NCBI GenBank assembly: GCA_964016885.1 | Contig: OZ024741.1 | Coordinates: forward strand, 170,314,001 to 170,378,000 | Length of the DNA stretch: 64,000 bases | Direction of reading: 5' to 3' | DNA from: Eledone cirrhosa | Taxonomy: Eukaryota | Shown here: positions 27,083-43,479 of the stretch, piece by piece | How positions within the stretch are numbered: position 1 is the first letter of the stretch | Layout of the letters: each line of letters starts with the position of its first letter | The notes under the pieces: generated by a model | Databases searched by the model: none | What the model was told of the DNA's origin: nothing | Seen by the model: the letters and a program-made list of their open reading frames with translations, nothing else | Position numbers and translations under genes: made by a program

Positions 27083-28039
27083 ACTAGACATGAAAAATGC
27101 GCAAGCTCAAAAGTGCCACAGAATGTTATAATAAACTTTCAAAAGTGTGGGACTAGAGTTGTTGCTAAAAAATATTGTAATCATTATATATCGTACATTC
27201 TGTGGCATCCTTTATAAAAATAGCTTAAACCAACGAAGCCTTTATTTTTACGCTATTTCACTTAGTTAATTCTTAGAGTGTAACATATAAAAATAAATAC
27301 ATCTATGTTTAATGTAATAACAGCTATAAATAATTACGTAATATTATTATCATATACTCATAGTAACAAAATAATTGTGTTGAAAATTAATATGATGCTT
27401 ATATGAACGATCAAATGTATAATGATAATTTCTTAAATATACTAATAGTAAAATAATTTAGTTATCTATTGTTACATTTTCATAGAACTATAATATTAAC
27501 AATCGTATTGCATTATCAAATTTTTATCACTACAAACTTTCATATTGGAATTACCTTAAGCCACTTATTATTACTTCGCTTTCGTACTTTTACAGCTGTA
27601 GATATTGCACTGTATCTTATATCTAATATCAATATCTCATGGTAATTTGCATGCAGTGTAAAATAGGTTTATTAATAACTTTAATATGAAATGTATTATA
27701 CAGGGCTGCGGAGTCGGCCAAAAATTGACTGGCTCCAACTTAGGATCCGATACTCCATTATTTCCTAAATTTCAGCTCCGCAGCTCTGTTATTATATTAA
27801 TTAATTTATTTTATAGTTGTAAATCATATTTTTATATGTTACACTCTAAGAATTAACTAAGTGAAATAGCGTAAAAATAAAGGCTTCGTTGGTTTAAGCT
27901 ATTTTTATAAAGGATGCCACAGAATGTACGATATATAATGATTACAATATTTTTTAGCAACAACTCTAGTCCCACACTTTTGAAGGTTTATTATAACATT
28001 CTGTGGCACTTTTGAGCTTGCGCATTTTTCATGTCTAGT
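27083..28039. mobile_element. Long-inverted-repeat (foldback) element, 213-bp arms around a ~530-bp spacer
   Basis: 27083-27295 is the reverse complement of 27827-28039 with one mismatch seen. Confidence 0.85.
27701..27788. mobile_element. 88-bp mini hAT-like MITE
   Basis: TIR CAGGGCTGCGGAG / CTCCGCAGCTCTG; near-TSD gtattata / ttattata. Confidence 0.65.
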
Positions 28040-28123
28040 ATATACATAAGTACACACAGAATTACAGAGATATGACATGTTGAAGTACAACATCTATAGC
28101 ACGCGATTATTTTGTTACGAAAA

Positions 28124-28316
28124 GGCGGTGGATTGTCAGTATCGGTAGAGGGTCGGACGCCATGCTTTGACGCATAGAGTTACGGCCCTTGCCAATCTGA
28201 GTTCAAATTCCGCCGAGGTTTACTTTGCCTTTCATCCTTGCGGGGTCGATAAAATAAAGTACCAGTAATACACTGGGGTAATTGCTGGCCTTGTGACAAA
28301 AGTAGAAACAATTATT
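28124..28316 (+). mobile_element. SINE family 1, full length
   Basis: Complete head, core and tail; attattttgttacgaa-like sequence on both flanks resembles a TSD. Confidence 0.88.
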
Positions 28317-28616
28317 TTGTTACGAACTTTTATGTTATGAGATTAAATACAGATGAAGTCATCTTCACTTTTCATTCTTCCGGGGATTGATAGAATAACA
28401 GTACCAGTAATGTGTACGGGTTCGATTTATGTTTCGATAATATATCTTACATTCAAATAGTGATATAAATGTAGGCAAATTTACACCGACACACAAAATT
28501 ATACGAAAAGTCCATGTAAGAAAATAACACACACAGACAGACACCACATGCCGTCTAGACTACACATATATAGCTACACCCATATACACCTGTACGACTA
28601 CGCAGTAAAGGCATAT

Positions 28617-31600
28617 GTAAATACAGCTACACACACAAACATCCCTACACTCATACACGTAAATACAGCTACACACACAAACATCCCTACAACCATACAC
28701 GTAAATACAGCTACACACACAAACATCCCTACAACCATACACGTAAATACAGCTACACACACAAACATCCCTACACTCATACACGTAAATACAGCTACAC
28801 ACACAAACATCCCTACAACCATACACGTAAATACAGCTACACACACAAACATCCCTACACTCATACACGTAAATACAGCTACACACACAAACATCCCAAC
28901 ACCCATACACGTAAATACAGCTACACACACAAACATCCCTACACTCATACACGTAAATACAGCTACACACACAAACATCCCTACACTCATACACGTAAAT
29001 ACAGCTACACACACAAACATCCCTACACTCATACACGTAAATACAGCTACACACACAAACATCCCTACACCCATACACGTAAATACAGCTACACACACAA
29101 ACATCCCTACACCCATACACGGAAATACAGCTACACACGCAAACATCCCTACACTCATACACGTAAATACAGCTACACACACAAACATCCCTACACTCAT
29201 ACACGTAAATACAGCTACACACACAAACATCCCTACACCATACATGTAAATACAGCTACACACACAAACACCCTACACTCATACACGTAAATACAGCTAC
29301 ATACACAAACATCCCTACACTCATACATGTAAATACAGCTACACACACAAACATCCCTACACCCATACACGTAAATACAGCTACACACACAAACATCCCT
29401 ACACTCATACACGTAAATACAGCTACACACACAAACATCGCTACACTCATACACGTAAATACAGCTACACACACAAACATCCCTACACTCATACACGTAA
29501 ATACAGATACACACACAAACATCCCTACACTCATACACGTAAATACAGCTACACACACAAACATCCCTACACTCATACACGTAAATACAGCTACACACAC
29601 AAACATCCCTACACCCATACACGTAAATACAGCTACACACACAAACATCCCTACACTCATACACGTAAATACAGCTACACACACAAACATCGCTACACTC
29701 ATACATGTAAATACAGCTACACACACAAACACCCTACACTCATACATGTAAATACAGCTACACACACAAACACCCTACACTCATACACGTAAATACAGCT
29801 ACACACACAAACATCCCTACACTCATACATGTAAATACAGCTACACACACAAACATCCCTACACTCATACATGTAAATACAGCTACACACACAAACATCC
29901 CTACACTCATACATGTAAATACAGCTACACACACAAACATCCCTACACCCATACACGTAAATACAGCTACACACACAAACATCCCTACACCCATACACGT
30001 AAATACAGCTACACACACAAACATCCCTACACCCATACACGTAAATACAGCTACACACACAAACATCCCTACACTCATACATGTAAATACAGCTACACAC
30101 ACAAACATCCCTACACTCATACATGTAAATACAGCTACACACACAAACATCCCTACACCCATACACGTAAATACAGCTACACACACAAACACCCTACACT
30201 CATACACGTAAATACAGCTACACACACAAACATCCCTACACTCATACATGTAAATACAGCTACACACACAAACATCCCTACACTCATACATGTAAATACA
30301 GCTACACACACAAACATCCCTACACTCATACATGTAAATACAGCTACACACACAAACACCCTACACTCATACATGTAAATACAGCTACACACACAAACAC
30401 CCTACACTCATACATGTAAATACAGCTACACACACAAACATCCCTACACCCATACACGTAAATACAGCTACACACACAAACATCCCTACACTCATACACG
30501 TAAATACAGCTACACACACAAACACCCTACACTCATACATGTAAATACAGCTACACACACAAACACCCTACACTCATACATGTAAATACAGCTACACACA
30601 CACAAACATCCCTACACTCATACACGTAAATACAGCTACACACACAAACATCGCTACACTCATACACGTAAATACAGCTACACACACAACCATCCCTACA
30701 CCCATACACGTAAATACAGCTACACACACAAACATCCCTACACTCATACACGTAAATACAGCTACACACACACAGACATCCCTACACTCATACACGTAAA
30801 GACAGCTACACACAAAAACATCCCTACACTCATACACGTAAATACAGCTACACACACAAACATACCTACACTCATACACGTAAATACAGCTACACACACA
30901 AACACCCTACACTCATACACGTAAATACAGCTACACACACAAACACCCTACACTCATACATGTAAATACAGCTACACACACAAACACCCTACACTCATAC
31001 ATGTAAATACAGCTACACACACAAACACCCTACACTCATACATGTAAATACAGCTACACACACACAAACATCCCTACACTCATACACGTAAATACAGCTA
31101 CACACACAGACATCCCTACACTCATACATGTAAATACAGCTACACACACAAACACCCTACACCCATACATATAAATACAGCTACACACACAAACATCCCT
31201 ACACCCATACATGTAAATACAGCTACACACACAAACATCCCTACACTCATACATGTAAATACAGCTACACACACAAACATCCCAAACACTCATACACGTA
31301 AATACAGCTACACACACAAACACCCTACACTCATACATGTAAATACAGCTACACACACAAACATCCCTACACTCATACACGTAAATACAGCTACACACAC
31401 AAACATCCCTACACTCATACATGTAAATACAGCTACACACACAAACATCCCTACACTCATACACGTAAATACAGCTACACACACAAACATCCCTACACTC
31501 ATACATGTAAATACAGCTACACACACAAACACCCTACACTCATACACGTAAATACAGCTACACACACAAACACCCTACACTCATACACGTAAATACAGCT

Positions 31601-33205
31601 ACACACACAAACATCCCTACACCCATACACGTAAATACAGCTACACACACAAACACCCTACACTCATACACGTAAATACAGCTACACACACAAACACCCT
31701 ACACTCATACACGTAAATACAGCTACACACACAAACACCCTACACTCATACACGTAAATACAGCTACACACACAAACACCCTACACTCATACACGTAAAT
31801 ACAGCTACACACACAAACATCCCTACACCCATACACGTAAATACAGCTACACACACAAACATCCCTACACCCATACACGTAAATACAGCTATACACACAA
31901 ACACCCTACACTCATACACGTAAATACAGCTACACACACAAACATCCCTACACCCATACACGTAAATACAGCTACACACACAAACATCCCTACACCCATA
32001 CACGTAAATACAGCTATACACACAAACACCCTACACTCATACACGTAAATACAGCTACACACACAACACCCTACACTCATACACGTAAATACAGCTACAC
32101 ACACAAACACCCTACACTCATACACGTAAATACAGCTACACACACAAACACCCTACACTCATACACGTAAATACAGCTACACACACAAACATCCCTACAC
32201 CCATACACGTAAATACAGCTACACACACAAACATCCCTACACCCATACACGTAAATACAGCTATACACACAAACACCCTACACTCATACACGTAAATACA
32301 GCTACACACACAAACATCCCTACACCCATACACGTAAATACAGCTACACACACAAACATCCCTACACCCATACACGTAAATACAGCTATACACACAAACA
32401 CCCTACACTCATACACGTAAATACAGCTACACACACAACACCCTACACTCATACATGTAAATACAGCTACACACACAAACATCCCTACACCATACACGTA
32501 AATACAGCTACACACACAAACATCCCTACACCATACACGTAAATACAGCTACACACACAAACATCCCTACACTCATACACGTAAATACAGCTACACACAC
32601 AAACAACCCTGCACCCATACACGTAAATACAGCTACACACACAAACATCCCTACACCCATACATGTAAATACAGCTACACACACAAACATCCCTACACTC
32701 ATACATGTAAATACAGCTACACACACAAACATCCCTACACTCATACATGTAAATACAGCTACACACACAAACACCCTACACTCATACACGTAAATACAGC
32801 TACACACACACAGACATCCCTACACCCATACATGTAAATACAGCTACACACACAAACACCCTACACTCATACACGTAAATACAGCTACACACACAAACAC
32901 CCTACACTCATACACGTAACTACAGCTACACACACAAACATCCCTACACTCATACATGTAAATACAGCTACACACACAAACATCCCTACACTCATACACG
33001 TAAATACAGCTAGACACACAGACATCCCTACACCCATACATGTAAATACAGCTACACACACAGACATCCCTACACTCATACATGTAAATACAGCTACACA
33101 CACAAACATCCCTACACTCATACACGTAAATACAGCTACACACACAGACATCCCTACACCCATACATGTAAATACAGCTACACACACAGACATCCCTACA
33201 CTCAA
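28617..33205. repeat. 42-bp minisatellite, ~110 units (gtaaatacagctacacacacaaacatccctacactcatacac)n
   Basis: Direct reading; 41-bp deletion variants shift the pseudo-ORF frames. Confidence 0.97.
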
Positions 33206-33518
33206 CATATATATACTCACTAATCCGAAAATACACGTAGAATCACAAACACACAGATCTACATATACAGCTACAAGTATATATTCATCTATACATACAA
33301 TTACATATATAACCACACACAGATACACACCTATACAAACACAATTCCGCACATATACGTACTCACCCTTATACACGCATACATATACACACGCTCCCAC
33401 GTCCCTAACACAAATACACGTTCGCCTATACACACTCACTTACATACACTGCTACAGACACCTACACAGGAAATCATACAAATATAGTTACATACACATT
33501 ACCCTCTCTCCCTCAAAC

Positions 33519-33575
<57 letters not shown>

Positions 33576-34391
33576 CACACTCTCCTACGCACTTACAAAT
33601 GTAGTTACTCACAGACACCTATTCAGATTTACACAATCTCCAACAACCACACACCTACACACGCAGTTAGAAACACACATAGACATTCTCCTACGCACGC
33701 ACAGATATTGTTACACATACACACACCACTTTACACACAATCCCACACACCTCACACGCATAAACCCATTTCCCTACATACATACACGGACATTCTCAGC
33801 TACTAACATACATAGGCACTCTCCTATGCAGGTACAAATATAGTTGCAAACACACCTACACACACATTATACATTCTGCCACACATCTATACCAACATAT
33901 ACCCATTCTTCTACCCCCCCCCCCCCCCCACACACCCCCTACACACCTAGTTACAAACACATAAACACACTTTACCCCGCATATACACACACACGCCTAC
34001 AGACTAAAGACATGTATAAACACTCAAGAACATATTTTCATTATTGATTTATATCAACAAATGTTCAAATCTTATTTATTGATTTATAATGCCTTCTTCT
34101 TGTGTATATATGTGTATGTATATGTGTGTATAAGTGAGTGTATTTGCGTAGGAGGGTTATGTATATATGAGTGCATGTGTATATGTGAATTATGTGTCTG
34201 CGTATCTGATTATGTGTGGATAAATGGAAAGTGTGGGAGCCTGTTTGATGAGATGTACCTGTTATTCAAAAGGTCAGACTTGTTGCTACACACAGTGTCA
34301 CGTAGATACTGCTTAAGGATTACTTTAATCAGAGACTGTGGAACACTCAATTCCGAAAATAAACATGTCTGAATGTCTGTCTGTATGTCCA

Positions 34392-34540
<149 letters not shown>

Positions 34541-35070
34541 GATCGAGTAGGCGTTATTTCTTTTAAATGTTTATCACCAAATTTAATTCAATACAAGCTC
34601 CACTTGTTAGGCTTTGGTTCCGCCTACATCTCCCTTCTCTTGTTTGTTGTCTGATGGTGTTGTTGTTTGTTTTATTGTAGCTGTTATGGTTGTCGATTGT
34701 CAAAATTGTTAGAATATAAAGATAGATTCCATATTCAGTTATTCATCGTGCCGCAGACTTGGCGATAGTAAAGACTCTTATAGCTTTTTGTAGTTATTAT
34801 TATTTCCTTGTTTACTCTTATTATTGTTGTGGTTGTATTTGCTTGCGTCTTATGTTATCTTGTTTGTTTATTTGTATAACTACTTCTCACACCTTCTCTT
34901 ATATTTTCGCCCACACCACCACCATGCAATCCAACATTGGTTATTTTGAAAAAATTATTTTCATAGATACTTAAAAGTGAAAAAAAAAAAACAAATAGAA
35001 ATACAAACCGCAAATACAAAACAGGGCTATACAAGTTATATTTATGGATAATTCTGCCTGTTTGTTTTAG

Positions 35071-35121
35071 GTTACATCCATGTTTCTTAGATGTTGATTT
35101 CTTCAGCAAAGATATCCATCG
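35071..35121 (+). CDS. Candidate 51-nt internal exon (LHPCFLDVDFFSKDIHR)
   Basis: tgtttgttttag| ... CG|gtgggt; open in phase 2/2. Confidence 0.25.
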
Positions 35122-36270
35122 GTGGGTCATCAACCAATTGATTATTCGGACATATGCTTGTTGCTTTCAGTATGCGTTCAAACAAACACAAACACAAGCA
35201 CAGATCACTTATAAACACATACTCATTGAAACACACATACGTACAAACGAACACCTAGAAACGCACACAAAAGAGTCTCGTTGTAAGGTGTTAACGGCAA
35301 AGCATCTAAATGGACACATGGTCTGCAAGAGAAAATAGCTAAGCCTCCCTCAAATATTTTGTCCTGCTTGTCCTGCTTGCTATAGCTGGAAAATCGCTCT
35401 CAGATCTCACAGAAGAAATTTTAAAATAGAAGAATGTACAATTAGATATAAGAATGGACATGGTTGGAATTTTGATTGTTCATCATAGTTCATCTTGATA
35501 GGAACTGACTTGAGGCTAAACAACAAAGTGATATAATGCAAGATGCCCATTCCAATAAAGGCTCTGTTTCCATAGGTAATAAAACATTTTTTTTTTATCA
35601 CCAATTGTAAAATAGTTCAGAAAAATACAGTAGTGAATCTTCAGACATTTCCGAGCTGTGCTGTACATCTGAACGTTCTTGGGCGGTTTCCGTAGCTTAT
35701 AAGTTTCTTCCTACGTGAAGAGGTTGATAGAATCCCGGAAGGCAAGCGTAAAGTAAGAGTTTAAGAGGTTGATAACGGTTCATTAAATTCTTCCTTACAT
35801 CTGTGTTCCAGCATTTTGAGAGTGGCTTCTCACGATCTCTCTTACTGCGAGGGAGAAGGTGAGAGAGAAAAGAAGGAACCTCCGGTACGTGACTGATGCG
35901 TTTTTATTGAATCCCTAAAGGTGAAGGACAAAGTTGACCTCCTCAGGATTTGAAGTGAAAGAGTAATAATTCGTGACCCCAATGCATTCTATCCGACAAT
36001 CTAACTCTTCTAAGAATTTGCTGCATTAGATGGCGATTTACTACAGGCAAAAATAACCCAGAAAATATTCGAACATGATAATGTCGTCCAGGTTCTTCAA
36101 TGAAGGTTGTATGAGATGTACAAATGTAGAAATTTGAAAAGAGTGATAGAAACCAGCCAGTTATTCCATTGTTTATGTTCAACGTGTGTGGTGAAGGATA
36201 ATCGACAAAGAGCCCATCAAAACATTCTGAGGAATCCATTAGTCACTGGGATTGTTCTATAATTCTAATG

Positions 36271-36560
36271 ACCGCAGCATAGACGAATGGTTAAAATGAT
36301 CGCTTTACAATCTGAATTCGATCCTGCTACAGTGCATTATGGCCAAGTGTTATTTACCATAACCTCAAAACTTGTGAATGAAATTGGCTAGACGGAAACT
36401 GTCTGGAAGCCCATCGGCTGGACAGTACCTATAATTTAAAGACTTAACTTTGTCACACACATTACATTAAATGTACACGTGTCTGTGGAACGCTCAAACT
36501 CTTGCACATTAATTTCACTTATCGTTGAAAGCGACGGAGGCTCACCTCTTCCATCATTGA
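36271..36560 (+). mobile_element. SINE family 2-related, diverged
   Basis: tRNA-like head (gaatggttaa, gaattcgatcct); 3' part resembles ~14560-14760. Confidence 0.5.
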
Positions 36561-36945
36561 ATCTCTAGCTTAATAGGACCGCGTTGAAAACGTCATAAGC
36601 TTAGAACAATCCAATCATGGATATACCTCACCACCATTAAACTATCTGTCAAAGGAGAATAACTATTTGCTATTTGTGTATGTCCTTGGAGAATAGTGAC
36701 TATGAGACAGTTGATTTTTAATTTGTATTTCGGAATACTTAAATAGAGTATGAGCATGGAGAGTTCAGTGAAACTCAGGACTCCAAGTCATAGTAACTGT
36801 AACACGAGGGGATATCATAACAACGATAGAAGAGACACAATGAAGAAGCAATACATGTGGGAGCTAGTGTCTGTGGTTGATGTTACACTTTAAATTAAAT
36901 TGAACACTGTCATAACAGAATTATGATCATCTCGTATTATATCTA

Positions 36946-37282
36946 GCATAGTTACGTCCCTTTACTGTCTGAGTTCAAATCCCGTCAAGGTTAACATTGC
37001 CTTTCATCCTTACGGGGTCGATAAAATAAAGTACCAGTAATGTACTGGCTAATTGCTGGCCTTGTGCCAAAAGTAGAAACAATTATTTCCTAAATGAGTG
37101 GTGGATTGGCAGTATCGGTAGAGGGTCGGACGCCATACTTTGCAGCATAGAGTTACGGCCCTCTATAATCTGAGTTTAAATCCCGCCGCGGTTAACTTCG
37201 CCTTTCATCCTTACGGAGTCAATAAAATAAAGGACCAGTAATACACTGGAGTAATTGCTGGCCAAAAGTAGAAACAATTATT
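36946..37282 (+). mobile_element. Two tandem SINE family 1 copies
   Basis: 5'-truncated copy 36946-37086 then full copy 37098-37282, both followed by attatttccta. Confidence 0.85.
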
Positions 37283-38581
37283 TCCTACATGCAAGAACCG
37301 AGGTCGACCTTATTCAAAGTATTTTTGTTCAAAATGGCAGTATGTGAATTAAATGATATCTGGCTGCTTTTTCTATCAGATCAAATGAATGATGCTGGTT
37401 CGTGAGTGAGTGATTCGAACTCGTTGCTGATTTATTTTTTGCCAACCAGGCGAATTAACGTCTTTTGAAATCGATTTAGGATGTTATCATGTGTACCACT
37501 AGGAACATCCGATTGGTGTGAGCAGTACTTCAGTTTAGGTGTTATTTCAAACTTATAGAGAGCTTAGGTCAGCGAGGAAGTATTTACCTGTTCTAACGTA
37601 GCATGTTAGTCTTTCTCATATAGTATTTCTCATAGTAATATCTGTTGAGTTGTACTGAGAAATCATCCGAATTTTGGAACACCTAGCAGTTGTAGCCAAA
37701 TTAAAGAATTTGGTCCATGTATTTTACCATATAATCATAGTTGAAACGACAGCACAAACAATCTGTTCCAGGGCCACCAAAACTGGTTGGCAGGAGTAAA
37801 TAAGGCATCCTCAAACAATGTAGGTGGTAAAAGATTTGCAACATTACTGAATTTGTCATCGCTAATTTTCATCCTTTCATTTCCGAAATGCCCTCGGGGT
37901 TGAAAGTAGTTTTACTTCTATTATTGTGCCTTATATAAGAATGGCAGTATCGATAGAGCATCGCACGAAGCATAGAGTTACGGCCCCTTACGGGGTCGAT
38001 AAAATAAAGTACCGGTAAAATATTGGATCGATTTAATCAACTTATAAAAATACTGGCATATGTCTAGTGTAGAAATTTTTATTGTGACTTATATTATTTC
38101 AAATCTATGATACATGCTAGAAGGACAGAGATATTTCGCAGCTTCTTGGGTAAATATGGAAACGATCCATTCTTTAATGTCACGAAGGGAACTGCAATTG
38201 ACCTGAAAATGGGCATGCTCGTACATTTTAGAGGTACATCTTTAGAAATAAAAGTCTACGGGATAACATATAATTATCTTTCTTTATATGAATGGACATC
38301 ATTTTGACTGGTTTAGAAGAGATTTCATAACAAGATCCAAATAGTTTTATCAGATTACAATCAGAACTAATATAACTGCTTTATGATTTGCAGTATACTT
38401 TAGACATAAAGAATGTTTTGCTCAGACATTATAATAAAAAAATCATTTTACATTGACGTTCACTCACGCCCACTCTCCGCCCTTATTTATATAATATTAA
38501 GTAACATTAGAAGAGGAATATAAAACATGTAAAATGTGTTTTCACATGAAATACTATGTTTTCAGTAATGTTTTCACCATG

Positions 38582-39110
<529 letters not shown>

Positions 39111-39629
39111 CAATTCTATGTATGAGTGTGTGTTTCTGTGTGTATGTGTGTGGTGTGTGTTTACACTTGCTCACAGTAAACATTCTCACAGCAATCACCT
39201 CTCTGGCTTGAAATATATAATCATTGATTGATTGATTAATTTATTGCTGCTATTCTTTAAGTAGGTCTTTCATATTTGAGGTAATTATTTTTCCAAAGAT
39301 GTATTTCGATTTCATGATGTGCATTTCTAGATTAAAGAAAGTCATTCCCTTTGTTTTTGTTTTATCAGTGTATGCTCTGATCTGAGCTGATTAATTTTAA
39401 CAACCATTGGCTCAGGTCACGCGAATTAATTCCTCATATCAATATATATTAACCGTGCATAACACATACTCTTATGCAGGTTTATATGCATATGAATTCT
39501 ATGAATGTATATATGTATGTATATATGTATATATGTATGTATGTATTCATGTATGTATGTATATATGTATATATGGACCTATGTATGTATGTATGTTCTT
39601 CTGGATTTATAATTTCACAAATTTTTGCC

Positions 39630-39989
39630 ACTAGAGAGAGAGTCGGTTTCTAACATAGACACAAGACTCTCTCATTGGAATATACACAACATCAGGTAGG
39701 TAGATATGTATGTCTGTATGCATGCATGTGTAGATATGGATGTTATTGTATGTGTGGATGTGTAGGTTTCGAGTTGTATGTGTGCATGTGTATATGCTTT
39801 GTATCTGTACATGTGTGTATGCAGTTATTAGATGCAAAATTTTTGGAATGTTTTACATATTTTTACTGTTCCATTAATGGATTGTACTTGTAATTTCCTA
39901 ACTAGTTGTGTTCTTTCTGTTCCTGTGAAGCCTAGCTTCTCAAGATTTGTATTGAGGCAGTTACTAACATACCACAGTGCCCCAATAAT
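39630..39989 (-). mobile_element. R4/Dong-like LINE 3' end
   Basis: Minus frame 39989-39828 IIGALWYVSNCLNTNLEKLGFTGTERTQLVRKLQVQSINGTVKICKTFQKFCI* resembles the C-terminus after the RLE endonuclease. Confidence 0.7.
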
Positions 39990-40004
39990 CTTTATTCAGT
40001 TGTA

Positions 40005-40305
40005 GCTGGCTGGACTAAAAAGTCACACTCGTTCAGCGCATCGGTAGGGGTTCTCCTACATGGATATAAAGTAGTGGCCGTACTCGAAAACGGGTTGGCA
40101 GCCACCATGTATGTAATTATGTATGGACATCCTGCAGGACTAAAAACAAAACCTGTCAAAGGGCAAAGGAGCTTTTAAGAGTCAATGGCCATCCAAAATC
40201 ACCAGGAGAGATGACCCCTTAGCCTTTGTCAAGGCAGAATTCTAGGAGAAGGAAAACTCTGATATAACACCTGCAACCCTGATGGTATCCAATGATGTTG
40301 ACTAC
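40005..40305 (+). mobile_element. Permuted fragments of the bipartite RTE element (3' end, then 5' part)
   Basis: 40005-40115 matches 41112-41225; 40172-40305 matches 40777-40905. Confidence 0.8.
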
Positions 40306-40544
40306 ATAAGCTGAATGATTAATAGTTGGCCTTCAGCAATGGATGGCCAAGCAGCTGCTGGTTATCAGATAAAGCACTCTCGAATGCCAGTTTGATCTAT
40401 AAGTAACTAATCTTGTTACATTTCACGCTACTTCTTTTATTTAACTTTTGCACCTTGGTAATTTAATGTTTTAAATTATAAAGGTAATTTAGATCCAAAC
40501 CAATCTAAAAGTAATACACACACAACCGCATATAAATATATGTT

Positions 40545-40596
<52 letters not shown>

Positions 40597-40599
<3 letters not shown>

Positions 40600-41234
40600 C
40601 TCTTAAGAGCTCCTTTGCCCTTTGACAGGTTTTGTTTTTAGTCCTGCAGGATGTCCAAAGTCACCCTCCTCACCAAGAAACCTTGGTGGGTTGCCAGTTT
40701 AGTCGCCAACGACCCGACCATGAGACAGGTTGTACTGGGATACATGTTACAAGTAGCACCAACTGGTGACCTGACCTTAAGAGTCAATGGCCATCCAAAA
40801 TCCCCGGGAGAGATGACCCCTTAGCCTTTGTCAAGGCAGAATTCTAGGAGAAGGAAAACTCTGATATAACACCTGCAACCCTGATGGTGTCCAATGATGT
40901 TGACTTGTTCTTCTTTTTGGTAAATATCATCTTGGTTAAGAGAGTGGGACTGGCTTTGTGCAGTGCCTTTGCTCACTATAAAAGCTTCACGACACAAGCA
41001 TTGCTTTATATCTGGAAATCTCTCTGCACTCGTCGTCACATGGTACCATGGCCCAGCACTATGTGTCAATAATTGTCAAAAGTGTAGTGTTTGTAACAGA
41101 GTTTTCAAGTCGCTGGCTGGACTAAAAAGTCACACTCGTTCAGCGCATCGGTAGGGGTTCTCCTACATGGATATAAAGTAGTGGCCGTACCGGATAACGA
41201 GTTGGAAGCCACCATGTATCTATGTATGTATGTA
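40597..41234 (+). mobile_element. Internally deleted non-autonomous RTE element with an inverted 5' piece
   Basis: UTR-like 5' part fused to the last zinc finger KCSVCNRVFKSLAGLKSHTRSAHR* (cf. CRLCARHFRSLAELKSHIRSQRC*), RTE 3' end and ATGT tail. Confidence 0.85.
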
Positions 41235-41706
41235 GTAATGCAACTTTTTCTGGTTTTATATTTCAAGTTCCTTACCAATGGAGAGAAAGCCGATTACTAA
41301 CCCAGAAACCAGACGCACTCATTGGAATTTAGACAGCATCAAGTATATGGTATGTATGTATGTATGTATGTATGTATGTATGTATGTATGTATGTATGTA
41401 TGTATGTATGTATGTATGTATGTATGTATGCGTGTCTCACATGTTATCTATAAAGAAAGAGTTGATGTATAAAACAGAAACGTAGCTCCGCGGATAATTT
41501 TAGCAAAACCTTGTATATTTTCACATTTCCGCTTACAGATTGGACTAGCAACATATGTGTTAGCTCTCCTTGCTTCCAGCCACCAGTTATATATATATAT
41601 ATATCTTAAGGTTTGTTGGTTCACCACTGGTACCCGGTCATTGAAATGATCATAGTATAATAAACCTTTCAAGAATTTACACCAGTCCAGCCTCCTGTTA
41701 CTTCAT

Positions 41707-41765
<59 letters not shown>

Positions 41766-42337
41766 CGTGAATGTGAGCTTACTGGTGTAATCAAATGTAT
41801 TAGATTTACTATAGGATAAATATGAAGGCAAGGAGTAGTGTAAAGCGAACACAGTATTACCGATAGTCACGTGAAAAAGACAAAGTTTATACATTAATGA
41901 ATTGAGCTTCGACAACAGGGCAATATCCTACAACAACTGGTTAAATCTTAGTAGGTGCACAACCTGTATAAAACAGTAGTCAAACCTCTTTTAAATCATA
42001 CCTTAATTTCTTTGATAAGGGTTTGTTATGGATTTGATAATAGCAAAAAAAAATTGAAGAAAGAATTACTGGTACAAACGTTCAGCAGCGTTGCTTTCGC
42101 ATGGGGAGACGACATATTAAAAACTTTGCTGAATTACAGAAAACCCAGTATCATATTATAATTCTTAGCTTTAGATGTGAGTATGTGCTCTAGAAGACAA
42201 CGCTACCGGAAATCAGACATTCGACTTTACGATCACGAGTCGAACACCCTAATTCTTAAGCCAAGCGCCTACATAGTTGTGGAATAAATATCTGTCTAAT
42301 CATTACTTTAAACTCTTACGCACACACTTACACACAG

Positions 42338-42912
<575 letters not shown>

Positions 42913-42982
42913 ATGTATATATATATATATAAAATAAAATAAAATAAATAAGTCAAATGTTTAAAATTTAGCTTCGCTTATT

Positions 42983-43037
42983 ACTGCTATATATATTTCG
43001 GTGACAGCCATCTTTGGCTGTGACCTCTTCAGGCAGT
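42983..43037 (-). ncRNA. Type-I hammerhead ribozyme (inverted pLTR)
   Basis: Reverse complement of 45566-45620 with one stem II mismatch. Confidence 0.82.
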
Positions 43038-43479
43038 CCGAATTAGTGTGGTACAGACAAGTACATATGTTGTTGAGGTGTATAACTTTGTCAATACTCT
43101 GATATGTTGCTGACAATTTAGAAGTATCTGTGTGTGTGTTTTTTCATCCCTCCTACCACCATCTCCAAATAGGCACCATGAGCCCGACACCACCACACGG
43201 GCTTTGGTGACTAGTACGCTTAACCATGAGATGAAACCCAATATGAGTAGCAGTCTCAGGGGTGACGATAGCAACCCCAGGACCGACGACCCCAACCGCA
43301 GGACACGTGGGGGGGAGGGACTACCCCACGATAGATCTCCCAGCGCGAGCAACGACTACCCCACAGATTCGGGCCGTGAAGATAGCAAAACGCATAGCGC
43401 CCAAAGGGGAAGCAACAGTGCCGGAACCATTAGCAACCCAACAAATCTCCAACAACTCACGACGCCCTCGATCCACACA

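Noticed and set aside
28548-33439. Cys-rich or HVNTAT repeat ORFs; CRISPR-like appearance
   Set aside because: Pure tandem repeat with no unique spacers, no cas genes, frequent frameshifts, eukaryotic context
40660-40800. Possible HDV-like ribozyme in the RTE 5' region
   Set aside because: RTE 5' UTRs can carry one, but I could only find a simple caccaag/cttggtg hairpin, not the nested pseudoknot
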